Of a DNA stretch of 63,598 nucleotides, positions 10,560 through 22,944 are shown piece by piece (positions within the stretch are counted from its first letter, which is position 1; every line of letters starts with the position of its first letter). Origin of the DNA: Octopus bimaculoides (taxonomy: Eukaryota); assembly GCF_001194135.2 (NCBI RefSeq), contig NC_068981.1, positions 148,981,561-149,045,158 on the forward strand, written 5' to 3'. The notes beneath the pieces were generated by a model. It saw nothing but the letters and a program-made list of their open reading frames with translations, was not told where the DNA came from and made no database searches. The position numbers and the translations under genes were made by a program.

Positions 10560-13500
10560 GCGGATAGTATGGCTTTTTACTATGAAAGGTAGCTTCTGCC
10601 GAGCATGAGCGTTGTTGTAACTTTATTCTGCCCAAAAAGTCGAGTGAGATTTGTTTCCAGGAAACAGTGGAACTGCTTTCAAAATTTTTTGCGATAGAAG
10701 TTCATTATTGAACACCAGAGTGCTGGAACTTAATAACAAATGAGGAGGATGACTTATCACCTACGCCGGAGTAGTCAACTGTTTGTGCGAAAATTTCAAG
10801 CTCCGTGATCTCACTCAGGATATGTCCAAGTCGTTTATCTTCGTGCAAGGACTTATAGTACCTGAAGATAGAGAAATTCGGGCAAGGATTCTCTCGAAAC
10901 TGGAGCAAACGAACCAGGATTTATCTCTACAAACCATCGCAGAAGAATATCAGACTATGGTAAATCTTAAACATGATGTGAAAAAAATACAAGATAAAGA
11001 CTCTGCAAACATTCAAATGTGTCGTACCTGGAAGCACAATCAAAAAAAGTGTCAAGCCCCAATCCGTGTTATGGTTGTGGAAGTCTACACTGCAAAAAGG
11101 ATTGTCAGAAGCTGGGACATACGAGTTCTCATTGTAGAACAAGACTACGAGGCACAAACACAAAAAGTTCTAAGGTGTTTTCAGCAAAGAGTGATTGCGA
11201 CAGAAAAGCAAGAAAATTCGTGCATATAAAAATAAATTATATAAATACCAAATTACAGTTAAAGACAGGTAGTGACGTCTCGATTATAAGCTAGGATACT
11301 TTAAAAAAATTGGTAAACCGAGATTACGTAAAACAGCAAAAATAGCGCGTGGTGTAACTGGCGATAAATTACATTTCATGGGCAAAACATGTATCGACGT
11401 CACATTTCGAGGAGAAATACGCCAAGTAAAATTATTCGTTGTGAATAACATAGTCAATCTATTTGACACAGATTAGTAAGGACTATTTGATTTATGGTAC
11501 CTCCCCATAAACCTTTACTGCAATAACGCAAATGATTGTTTCGTTAAAAACAAGTCTTCGGAAGAACTGAAGAGAAAATTGAAAAGATGTTTCCACAAGT
11601 GTTATCAGAGGATTTAGGTCTATGTAGAAAGACGGAAGCCTATTTCCAAGTAAGCGAAAATGCTGTACCTATATTTAAAGCAAACAAAAAAGTACCGTTC
11701 GCGGCAATTAAAACCGTAAATGAAGAGTTGGACAGACTCAAAAAGAGTGGAGTCATCAAAATGGTGGATTACTCGAAGTGGGCGGCACCCACGGTATGTA
11801 TTAAAAAAAATAATAGGATTAGACTGTGTGCCGATTTCTCTACATGGTTGAATGACTGCTTAAAAACATACCACCATCCACTCCTGACTACAGAGGACAT
11901 ATTTTCAAAGTTAAATGGTGGAAGATTTTTTCCAAATTAGATCTGGTTAAAGTCTGTTTACAGATAAAAATAAATGAAAAATGCTCAAAGTATTTTTCAA
12001 TAAATACACACAGATGATTGTACAGATGCACACGATTACCTTTTGGATTAAAAGTTGTACCAGCAATATTCCAGCAAATCATGGATACTATGTTATCTGA
12101 TTGTGAATGTGCAATCCCGTACGTGGACGATATTTTGATTAAGAGTAATTCTCGTGAACAGAATGTGGAACGCATAAAAGCTGTGTTTAAGAAAATTAAA
12201 GTTTTTTGGATCACTTTGAGTGAAGAAAATTGCAAATTCTTTCTACCCCAAATTAAGTACCTAGGACAAATAACTTATAAAAGTGGTAGACGTCCTGACT
12301 CGTCGAGGGCAGACGCAATAAGGAATATGCCTCCGTCGACAAATATTCTAACTTTGCAAGCATTTCTTGGGCTGGCAAACTACTACTAAAACTATGTTCC
12401 TAATATGTACAAGTTAAGAGCTCCATTGAACGATTTATTAAAAAAAAAGGAGTAAAATGGAATTGGTCCTCGAAATGCCAGAACACTTTTGAAGAGAGAA
12501 AAAATTCTAATCTCAGACCTGTCGTTAGCACATTACATTCCAGAAATCGACATCATTATAGCATCTCTATGTTTCCGAGTATGGATTAGATGCAGTTCTA
12601 CTTCATAAATACAAAGATGGAAGTACAAAACCAGTGGTTCACGTTTCGCGCTCGCTAATAGCAGCGGAGAAGAGATATAGTCAAATTGAAAAGGAGGCCC
12701 TAGCAATTATTTTTGCAGTTAAAAAATTTCACAGTTTCTGCATGGCAAAAGTCTTTTTATTGCAAACAGATCATAGACCTTTGCTGTCTAATTATGGGTC
12801 TAAAAAGGGGTTACCGACTCATACTGAGAACCGCCTGCAACGTTGGGGTATAATATTACTAAATTATAATTTCAAAATGCAAAACATTCCATTGAAAAAA
12901 AATCAGTCATGCGGACTGCCTTTCGAGATTAATTCCAAAAAATATGGAACCACTAGAATAGATTGTTACAGCCGCACTGCAAGCAGAAAGTGAAATTAAA
13001 AGTGTTATGTCGAACGTTATTCAAGAACTACCAGTGACTTCTCAAGATATAAGAATGAAAGCTGTTGGCGATGAGTATATTAAGAAAATGATAGAAACTT
13101 TTTAAAATGAACAGAATAAAAATTCAGATGGCAGTAGTTTTCCAATTTGCGACGATATTCTAGTGTATGCCCAAAGAGTGATGGTTCCAACTACATTACA
13201 AAAAGGTGTATTGCAACAATTTCACAGCGGACATCCATGAATGGAAAGGATGAAAGCTCTGATGAGGAGATATGTGTATTGGCAGTCTATGGACCGAGAT
13301 ATCGAAAACTTGAGAACTGCCGAGGTTGCGCGCTCGCGGTCAAAGTCCCGCCGGTCAATCATCAATCGTGGCCAGAGACAGAGAACCCATGGTCTAGGTT
13401 ACAAATTGACCATACTGGACCGGTAAACAGTGCTTACTACCTAATCGTAGTAGATAACTGTACTAAGTGGCCTGAAGTTTGTAGGTGCTATAGACCAACC

Positions 13501-14545
13501 TCTAAGACAACCATAAAGTTCTTATACTAATTGCTTGCGAGATACAGTGCCCCTGACACGCTAGTTTCAGACAACGGAACGCAGTTTTCTGAGTATGAAT
13601 TCAAGAACTTCTGTGAAAGGCATGCGATAAAGCATATTTTCACTCCACCCTACCACCCAAGGTCAAACGGGTAGGTAGAAAGGTTTGTGGACACTTTTAA
13701 AAGAGCGTTAAGAAAAGCGAGGAATGAATTAAGTAACGACGAAGCACTGAGAAATTTCTTAAGAATACACAGGGTGACCCTCAATCTGAGTCCAAATTTA
13801 GAGAAGTCACTCGCAGAATTGATTTTGCAAGAAGAATAAAATCCATTTTTGATAAGCTATTACCAGAGAAAAGAAGGCGTAAAGGAAATACGAAAGAGCC
13901 AACGAAATACGTCGAGATAGGTGATAAAGTGCATTTCAAAACCTATAGAAAGGGTAAAGAATGCTGGGAAGATGGCCTTGTTACCAGAAAAATTAGAAAT
14001 ATGATTTATCTAATTAAAGGGTCATACGGTGAACATAAGAAACATATAGACAAACTAAGGAAGAGGCATCTCCAAGATTAGGAAGAAATTCCCATGGAAG
14101 TATTCTGTGAAATATTCGATGTACCGGTACCAAAAGTAATAGAGTCTCGTAGAATCATCATGAGAAAATGAAAGCAGACCGAACACCTTGGGATAATGCC
14201 TAGGCGAAAGAGATGCTAAAAACAATTCAATAAAAAATCTCTTTATTGCTCTGGAACACAAAATCTCGAAAGGGGAGATGTGCGAGAGTACGATACACCT
14301 GGCGAGAATGGACTGGACCACTACGTATAAATAGTAGCGGTCTGAGTAAGTGAGCTAGTTTTAGTTCCACAGTTCGTGTGTTGATAGGTCAAATTTGGAG
14401 TTCAACGTTCACAGTTCGAGTTAGCGTGTTGGATTGTTGGCTCTTAAAAGATTGTTGTTACGTTACGTGTGGTTACTACCGTTTGCTTCGATTATATTGT
14501 TATCACACTGTTGCAGTGTATTTGTTTATCCATATGGATATAACA
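10560..14545 (+). mobile_element. Degenerate Ty3/Gypsy LTR retrotransposon (probably Mag-like), 5' LTR missing
   Basis: Gag (HERCCNFILPKK, CYGCGSLH knuckle), protease (LKTGSDVSII, catalytic D lost), RT (LPFGLKVVPAIFQ, YVDD), RNase H (YSQIEKEALAIIFAVKKFH) and integrase (PWSRLQIDHTGP, DNGTQF) in Gypsy order; many frameshifts and stops. Confidence 0.95.
14279..14545 (+). repeat. 3' LTR of the Gypsy element
   Basis: Polypurine tract gaaaggggaga (14268-14278) directly followed by TG; TATA-like tataaata at 14326; ends ...ggatataaCA (the end could be 14547). Confidence 0.75.
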
Positions 14546-14789
14546 CAAACATGTTAAAAGCGTTTTTAAAAAATTTTCCTTTGTTCAGTACAAACAAATA
14601 ATATCATGGGGTATTATAAGAGCTACTCTGTAAATATAGAAATATAGAAAGATAGAAAGACTGAGAGTTCTAGCAAACGGTATTCTTAGACGCTCTGTAC
14701 TGTAGGTAATTCCTATTGTATGGAATACAAAATACAAAATGGCTGATAGTTAGCAAGGCGGGACACACATAAGAAAGAAGAAAGCAAAG

Positions 14790-14833
14790 GACCACTGATG
14801 AGGTCACAGAAGTGTGACGAAAGAACTCTGGCC
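14790..14833 (+). ncRNA. Type I minimal hammerhead ribozyme motif with intact core, in a probable Penelope terminal repeat (about 14620-14900)
   Basis: CCA-CTGATGA-G-GTCAC(agaagt)GTGAC-GAAA-GAAC-TC-TGG: perfect core, 5-bp stem II, CCA/TGG stem I. Confidence 0.7.
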
Positions 14834-15295
14834 GAAATAGGATTAATGTAATGTAATGTAATATAAAGCTGAAGCAAATTAACACCAAATATACAGTGCA
14901 TGTGTTTTTATTGGCTAAACTGGCAATATGGCCATCCCCAAGTACAACAACATCTGTTTCAACACGCGATTTCACATCAAAAATCTTGCAAAACAAATAT
15001 ATATATATATATACACATATGTGTGTCTGTGTGTATGAGAAAGTAAATTATTCTTTTTCTTGTTTCAGTCATTGCATTAAAGCCATACTCTAACATCACA
15101 TTCAAAGTCTTAAGTGAACAAATTGACCCAAATGCTTACTTATTATTAAAAAAAAAACACAAAAAACAAAAAACAAAAACAGCTTGTACGTATTCTATCG
15201 ATCTCTTTTAACAAACTGCTAATTCATTGGAACGTAATCAAATCCATACCGATTTTCGTATATGAAAAAAACACAGACAAGCCAATATACATATA

Positions 15296-15410
15296 TGACA
15301 CGCTTCCGCACCAAATTCACTCACAAAGCATTTGTCGGTCCAGAGCTATAGTAGAAGACACTTGCAGCTGGACTGAACACGAAACCAAGTAGTCGCGAAA
15401 CACACTTTCT
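15296..15410 (-). mobile_element. SINE family A 5' fragment
   Basis: caaattcactcacaaagcatttgtcggtccagagctatagtagaagacacttg. Confidence 0.75.
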
Positions 15411-15845
15411 CGTGATGGTTTACCAATGACTTTAACCAGATATTGTAACGCACTTACGCTCACATCTTATGTGTAATATACTACTCTTTTATAGCAATCA
15501 CCTCGAAGAATCCTAATACTATCGATGTGGTAGTATTGAGAATGATAAAACCGGTTGAGTGATAAACGAATTTCCTAATGATATATAATCATGTTCTGAA
15601 ATTCCCCAGCTTGATCGACTTTGTTTTTTACTCATACTGGATTCGATAAAATTAGTAGAAGTAATATTGGTGTTTTGTTAAACAGCTCAACATTTCTGGC
15701 TATATAAGAAGTTTCGTGGGTTATTCTTTTTTCTCTCTTTATCTCGGAGGCCCTGCAAAACAAAAAATCAAAATCGTCATCGACGTTGCTCTTTATGTAT
15801 GTATGTATGTATGTATGTATGTATGTATGTATGTATGTATGTATG

Positions 15846-15977
<132 letters not shown>

Positions 15978-16295
15978 CTGTTTATGACATCCATGTGTTT
16001 TAATACCTGGTACTTTGAGAGAATATTCTCTACCACGCTAAATCGCAGCCAGCCAGCAAATACACGAAACTTATATCTTATGTATTCCTATTTGAATTTA
16101 TTCTTACGTATGCAGGGTCCGAAAATACCTCCACATTACTTGCACGCTATATGCATATAAGTCGTGGATTGGTGGCATGATTCATCTACGATCTTGTTCA
16201 AATACAAAAAGTTAGTAGGCCACAGAAATGGTGAAACATCGATGTCCATTACTCCTGAATGTGATTTGGGATGAGTTTGTCTCACTTGTCCAAGA

Positions 16296-16354
16296 CTTTC
16301 AGGTGTTTTTAACACCCGGCGCTTTCAGGTGTTTTTAACACTCGGCGCTTTCAG
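16296..16354. repeat. 26-bp tandem repeat, about 2.3 copies
   Basis: ctttcaggtgtttttaacac(c/t)cggcg twice, plus ctttcag. Confidence 0.95.
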
Positions 16355-16437
16355 AGAGTAATCTCCACCATGCCAAATCGCAGACCACAGATAAATGCAA
16401 GCAACATATTCGTTGGGTATACGTGGTCGATAATGCT

Positions 16438-16477
<40 letters not shown>

Positions 16478-18087
16478 GATGTGTGTGTGTGTGTAGATGT
16501 GTGTGTGTGTAGATGTGTGTGTGTGTAGATGTGTGTGTGTGTGTGTGTGTGGATGTGTGTGAATGTGTGTGAATGTGTGTGTGTGTGTGTGTGTGTGCGT
16601 GTGTGTGTAATGGAATGAAAGCATAAACAGGCGCCACAGCGACATGTAACAAATCAGTTTACAACATATTTCATATTTATAATTATGTGACATACTGAAC
16701 AGAAATGCAAGTATACATTGCCAATAGCCAATCTTTATAAAGACAGCTCTCACAACCCACCACTTATCGCTGGAGCACTCATTGTATGTATTGTATGTAT
16801 CTATTATCGTATGTCATATGACATCTTATCATGAACAACTTTATCTATCTATCTATTTATCTATCTATCTATGTATCTATCTATCTATCCCTTGTATGTG
16901 TGTGTGTTTTGTGTATGTGATAGAACTGAAATTGTCGATGCACTTCCTTCTTTACTCTATCCACTCGAGCAACAACTTCTGTTGGCTTCTTTCACAGACT
17001 CTGTGCTTCAAAAAGAACTTTTCGCAGTAGGTCACGAAGATTGAAGCCAATTTCTTTCTTCCGGATATTATTTTTACAAGACACCATTTTGACGGCCAAA
17101 TAGAAGCAAGTCCACGTCTTCCTGGGTACAAATATCGTAAAAAATGTTATCCAACGTCTTAAAAATTCCGCAGATGAACCCTCGTGGACTGATGATANNN
17201 NNNNNNNNNNNNNNNNNNNNNNNNNNNNNNNNNNNNNNNNNNNNNNNNNNNNNNNNNNNNNNNNNNNNNNNNNNNNNNNNNNNNNNNNNNNNNNNNNNNN
17301 NNNNNNNNNNNNNNNNNNNNNNNNNNNNNNNNNNNNNNNNNNNNNNNNNNNNNNNNNNNNNNNNNNNNNNNNNNNNNNNNNNNNNNNNNNNNNNNNNNNN
17401 NNNNNNNNNNNNNNNNNNNNNNNNNNNNNNNNNNNNNNNNNNNNNNNNNNNNNNNNNNNNNNNNNNNNNNNNNNNNNNNNNNNNNNNNNNNNNNNNNNNN
17501 NNNNNNNNNNNNNNNNNNNNNNNNNNNNNNNNNNNNNNNNNNNNNNNNNNNNNNNNNNNNNNNNNNNNNNNNNNNNNNNNNNNNNNNNNNNNNNNNNNNN
17601 NNNNNNNNNNNNNNNNNNNNNNNNNNNNNNNNNNNNNNNNNNNNNNNNNNNNNNNNNNNNNNNNNNNNNNNNNNNNNNNNNNNNNNNNNNNNNNNNNNNN
17701 NNNNNNNNNNNNNNNNNNNNNNNNNNNNNNNNNNNNNNNNNNNNNNNNNNNNNNNNNNNNNNNNNNNNNNNNNNNNNNNNNNNNNNNNNNNNNNNNNNNN
17801 NNNNNNNNNNNNNNNNNNNNNNNNNNNNNNNNNNNNNNNNNNNNNNNNNNNNNNNNNNNNNNNNNNNNNNNNNNNNNNNNNNNNNNNNNNNNNNNNNNNN
17901 NNNNNNNNNNNNNNNNNNNNNNNNNNNNNNNNNNNNNNNNNNNNNNNNNNNNNNNNNNNNNNNNNNNNNNNNNNNNNNNNNNNNNNNNNNNNNNNNNNNN
18001 NNNNNNNNNNNNNNNNNNNNNNNNNNNTCTTTTTCTTTTCCACTTGAAAATGTTAGAGAGGGAGAGAGCGGGAAAGAGAGGAACAGA

Positions 18088-18159
<72 letters not shown>

Positions 18160-18653
18160 GAGAGAGAGAGACAGAGAGAGACAGAGAGAGCGAGAGAGCG
18201 AGAGAGGGAACTGTTGTTGCAACATAAATCCGATTTTTTTTCCTTGTCACGAATATTCCTCGTCAGTTCACGGCTATTACCAACATGGTTCCACAGCCCC
18301 TACCACCAGCACCACCAGCACCAACATCACCAGCACCACCAGCACCAGCACCACCACGATCATCATCATTGCCATCACTATTTCCATTGCCAACACAATT
18401 GCTACCAGCTTCAATAAAGAGCATCATAAACAAGCACCAAGTCAACAACAATACCAACATACAGAACTACGTAAGCAACACACATCAACAACAATAACAA
18501 CAACAGTTGTAACAATAACAATAAAAATACAAAAGCAATAGATAACTACCGTACGATCCTGTTTCCTGCAGTCACTCGACACCAGTAATGATTCCAGAAA
18601 GAGACACTAGCTGTATCCCAATACCGTATAGACAATACTTATTAGAAACTCAC

Positions 18654-18701
18654 CTCTGACGCCAGTCCTGGCGCCGATCTGTCCGGAGTTAGTACGCTAT
18701 A
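18654..18701 (-). CDS. Candidate 48-nt exon of unknown gene (YSVLTPDRSAPGLASE, phase 0-0)
   Basis: Minus strand: ttttttttaattttcag|TATAGC...GCGTCAGAG|gtgagt; GC-rich island; only one frame is open. Confidence 0.5.
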
Positions 18702-19379
18702 CTGAAAATTAAAAAAAAATTATAATAATAAAAAAGAAGAAACAAAAACAAGCAACGTACGCCACCGAAACAGCTAATGAAGAAGTGAAGTTATCTTGGG
18801 AAAGCCAGTCAATTTGACAACGAAACAAATGTGTATTTGGTTAATTTTGGTTGAACATTTGCGCAATTCCTGCACTGAGTAACGTCTGAGGAGTCTCATG
18901 GTTCAGCAATACTGAAAGGTTATCCGACGGTGGTTGGCTGTTAATGGTTCTATTCTACAGCAGTTACCTTTCAAACCTAGCAATTAAAATATAGAGCCAA
19001 CGAGGGAGCCTGTACCTTATCGCTCAGTCTGCTAGAAATAGAACCTAAATCTGCTTCAAATCACATCCTGCCTCCGCACCCAATTTTTTTTAATGTAACA
19101 AACTGTAAAGTGCAACTGTTGATACACTGTGTGTGAAAGAAGATGAGGTGGCCGTATCAGGAACACTTATGAACATAGATCTGCTTCATTAGTGCTGATA
19201 TGATTCTAGGGGACGGCTTTTATGCTGAGACTAAGGATTGCTAGAAATAGCAACCATCTCTACATCAACTTATGATCTGATGTTGTTGAATAAAGTATAC
19301 ATTAGCTAATGCAGTTTCTGGTTATGCGACGAGATTTAATACCACGACTAGAATATATATGAATATCTGAAATGAAGAA

Positions 19380-19630
19380 AAACAAATTCTGAGACTTCAT
19401 ATTTTCAACTACAAAAGACGACTTACAAATGTAAAACAGAAAGATGAATCACTAGTCATCTGGTCATTAGGAATAACCGAACATGAATCAAACGCGTTAA
19501 TCGACAAAGTTGTACAACAATATGGATTCAAATTTACATTCACTACAGCAGACATAACAGATATAACACTCAATAGTAATACATAAACCATACGTAAACA
19601 GTAACGTATACGAATACATCATTCCAAATT
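19380..19630 (+). mobile_element. Degenerate Penelope RT fragment
   Basis: KDESLVI...YGFKFTFTT.DITDITLNSNT*TIRKQ*RIRIHHSKFH aligns by eye to PLE RDDGL..GL.ITIE..DFLDVTLNL..PYRKPN..YIH..SNHP. Confidence 0.55.
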
Positions 19631-19677
19631 TCATATAGTGAGAACACTAAGTGTTCTCACTATATGTTTTATCTAGC

Positions 19678-19785
19678 CTAGTGGTTTTCAACCGGGGTTC
19701 ATATTATGGAACTTAAGGGCCATAATATGAACTTATGGACATTAAGGGCTATAAGACTTTGTTGTTAAACTTTATGTGCAATGCA
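19678..19785 (+). mobile_element. hAT-like MITE end (second copy 57858-57980)
   Basis: Starts (c/t)agtg(g/c)tt(t/c)tcaac.gg..g.t.cata; both copies share aaa(c/a)tttatg(t/c)(g/a)caat. Superfamily inferred from the terminus. Confidence 0.45.
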
Positions 19786-19875
19786 GGCATGGCTGTATGG
19801 GAAGAGGCTTGCTTCCTAACTAATATTTTCTGGTTCAATCCAACTGCGTGGAACCTTGAGCAAGTGTCTTCATAT
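19785..19875 (+). mobile_element. SINE family A 5' head
   Basis: ggcatggctgtatgggaagaggcttgcttcc...actgcgtggaaccttgagcaagtgtcttc. Confidence 0.7.
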
Positions 19876-20221
19876 TACTATTAGAAGTAATATTAAGTAG
19901 GTATTTTTATGTACAGAACGAAGAGCTTAGAAGATGCTAACGAACTTTATAGCACGGCAAAGTTAATAGCATGAAAGACTGACAGAACTTTATTAGTACA
20001 TGTTGCAGAGTTACGAGCCGACAAGAAACCTCTGTTCTCAGAAATATATGACAGAATAAAATCATTTAAAATGAGAAAAAAAAAAAAAAAAGAAAAAAAG
20101 TAGGTGCTCATCAAAGTTGATAAAAAGACAAAGGCAGTTCATCATTACGTGTTGCGATATTGCGTGCTCACAAGAATCCTTCGGTTCCGGAAATAAAAGA
20201 TTGAATAAAAACATTATATGT

Positions 20222-20367
20222 TATATGGCTGTGTGGTTAAGAAGCTCTCAACCACATAGTTTCGGGTTCAGTCCTACTGCGTGTCACGTTGTGCTAGTGT
20301 CTGATACTATAACTCTGGACAAACCAATGCCTTGTGAGTGATTTTAGTAGACGGAAACTGTGGAATC

Positions 20368-20446
<79 letters not shown>

Positions 20447-20650
20447 TGTTTGACTTTGCACTTTTATTTGACAACCCTAACTTTCCACAACCGGTGTTCG
20501 TTTGTTTGCCTACCCGTAACATAGAGGGTTCGAAAAAGACTGAATAAATGCCCGATTTCAAAGAAAATACTGATATCGATTTATTCGATTAAGTCTCTTC
20601 AAGGCTATGTCCTAGTATGGCCGCAGTCCAATGTGTGAAACAGTTAAGAG
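20222..20650 (+). mobile_element. SINE family A, full length, diverged
   Basis: Head, internal (TG)n and tail tagtatggccgcagtccaatgtgtgaaac. Confidence 0.8.
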
Positions 20651-20954
20651 GTAAATGCTGAAAGTATATAAGTTTTAATATAGAATCTTAAATTGAATAA
20701 AACAGATTTTCTCCGGTTCACGAGCAATATTTGCCATTTCATTTTTTAATTGTTACATAGATTTTATCGCCTCGTCTCTCGTCGGCGTGATAATAGCTGT
20801 TACCTACAAGGTTTTATGGCCATTTAAAATTTTAGGCAATTCCTGAAAGTTTCGAAATATTGAATTATTTTCATTTTTAAGGGACCACCATTCCAAGTAG
20901 GTTTGATACAATACCTTGGAGAATATGTTTCTTTAACTCCCACCATTTTTAACT

Positions 20955-21486
20955 CCCCAAAAGGTCAGAATTAACTTTCAACTGTTCTTTCAGTTTACGA
21001 CACGCTTTCAGTCATGGTTGCTTTTCATCTTCTGTGAGCAAGTGAGGCACAACTTTTGCTGCAAGTGTTTTCATTCGCAATTCCTCGCTCAAAATTCTTG
21101 GTAGGAGCTCCAGGATACACCGTATCAACAAGTTCGTCAAGTATTCGGCGACGGTCCTCTAAGATCAGTTCATGAATTTCCGTCATGTTTTCATTTATTC
21201 GGGAGGTCGATGGTCGCCCTGAACGAGATTGGTCTTCAAGCAGCAAGCGACCATATCCAAAGCGTGAAAACTAATCGTAAGCTTGTGTTTTGCTCATGGC
21301 AGCGGTCTCGTAAGCTGTCTGAAGCACTTCACAACAAAGACGTACCACGTGGCTGTATGAGTGCATTCGACGACGCCAATTGGCATACTGATGTCTGAGG
21401 GTCGCATCAAGTGGCTTCTAGCGGCAAAAGCCTGAACTACTACGGGCTTGTTATAAAGAGCATATTTACTTTTGGCTACCTCCTCA
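20955..21486 (-). mobile_element. Mariner transposon 5' part (same family as 25959-26660)
   Basis: LEDQSRSGRPSTSRINENMTEIHELILEDRRR and KTLAAKVVPHLL motifs; terminus TA|tgaggaggtagccaaaagtaa. Confidence 0.85.
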
Positions 21487-21738
21487 TATATATTTCGATT
21501 TTTTAAAATACTTTTATTCAGTTTTCTTATCCTTTATGCCAACTGTCAAATTTAGCCCGAACACTCTGTATGTATGTATGTATGTATGTATGTATATGTA
21601 TTTATGTATTATGTATATATGTATGTATGTATGTATGTATATATATATGTATTTATATATTTATGTATGTATGTATGTNNNNNNNNNNTATATGTATTTA
21701 TATATTTATGTATGTATGTATGTATGTATGTATGTATG

Positions 21739-21778
<40 letters not shown>

Positions 21779-22594
21779 AATCAATCAAATTAAAGTAAAT
21801 ATTGAATAAGTCAACTTGATAATCCATTTAAGTTGTTGATGTTTAAGCCAAGGTCGGTTGTGACCAAGGAGAATTATGATGAAGGCCATCTCAACGAAAA
21901 TCCATTGCATCTATTTGTTTTCTTAAAGCAGTGTGGTTATACTTTTATTTACACGGAAGTGAGAGATATGAGGGAGATTTAACTGTTATAAATGTTAGGT
22001 CAAGTGGCTGAAAAAGTTCCTTCGATAGTTCATTACATTCTAATTTATATATCTCAAAGGTGAAAGAATGGTTGGTATTCGAAGACGAAGCAAATAGAAT
22101 TTAACTATAAAAAAACTTTAAAATATTGTACATTCAATAAACATTGATGCTTATGAAAGAACGAACATCCTGTCACCTCATACACGAAACTTACGTATAT
22201 TCAATTCCATTATTGCAAGATACCTAGGCTGGTTATCAGTAAGTGCAAAATATTTTCGAAGGAAAATTAGCAATCTGGTCTTGACATCTGCTATACGTCA
22301 GAATTTTCTCTCAATGGATCTGAACGACATCTGGTAAGTACTTTTGAACTGAACCACACCAAAACAACAGAATATCAGGCAGATTTTCCATTTTGAACTC
22401 ATTGATAGCAAACAGTTAACATTTCAAATTGTTGAGGTTTTTTCTATTGTTTTTGTTTTCTTCTATTTATTTTTGTTTTTATTGTTTTTGTTTCAGTTGT
22501 GTTTTGACTGGATTTCCCTAATATAGAAATTTTTGTCAAAAAGCGTGAGTGAATTCTGTTCTTGTTCTGAGTGAATTCGGCTTATATTAACGTC

Positions 22595-22798
22595 AAATTC
22601 GGGAACAAAGCCAGCAATTTCGGAGGGGGGGGGGAACAAGCCGATTACATCGACCCCAGTGTTTTACTGGTACTTATTTTATCGATCCCCCGGGAGGATG
22701 AAAGTCAAAGTCGATCTCAGTGGAATTTGAAGTCAGAACATGAAAACGGGCAAAATGCTTTGCCCGTGGTCAAACGATTCTGCCAGCTTGTCGTCTTA
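22595..22798 (-). mobile_element. SINE family B
   Basis: gattacatcgaccccagtgttttactggtacttattttatcgatcccc...aaagtcgatctcagtggaatttgaa...aacgattctgccagct. Confidence 0.85.
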
Positions 22799-22944
22799 AA
22801 TTCGTCTTATATTGGAAATATGTAATGTTTACCACAAAAATCAACTTGTGTGTGTGTGTATGTGTGTTTGTGTGTGCGTGCGTGTGTGTGTATGTGTGTG
22901 TGTGTGGTACTGAGGTACATTTAAAATACTCTGAGATAAGTCGA

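Noticed and set aside
16296-16354. 26-bp repeats, and 18-bp repeats at 50016, considered as CRISPR-like or telomeric
   Set aside because: Tandem without spacers, eukaryotic context, and not TTAGGG arrays.
18190-18270. [16 protein letters not shown] resembles the SKI2 exon start
   Set aside because: No splice signals, and the DNA matches the family Y repeat (ctgacgaggaatattc..tttatgttgca); coincidental.
19427-19542. Apparent minus-strand exon or signal-peptide ORF (MVYVLLLSVISVMSA..FCFTF|gtaagt) whose phases would link the 34916 and 18701 exons
   Set aside because: The plus strand of the same bases reads as a Penelope RT relic, so the open frame is best explained as its antisense shadow. Exonisation is not excluded.
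21600-21730. Direct duplication either side of a 10-N gap
   Set aside because: Typical unmerged contig overlap in a microsatellite.
22302-22333. Plus-strand 32-nt cassette with CTG|gtaagt donor; also a strong donor at 33385 after a gap
   Set aside because: No supporting partner exons or recognisable protein.
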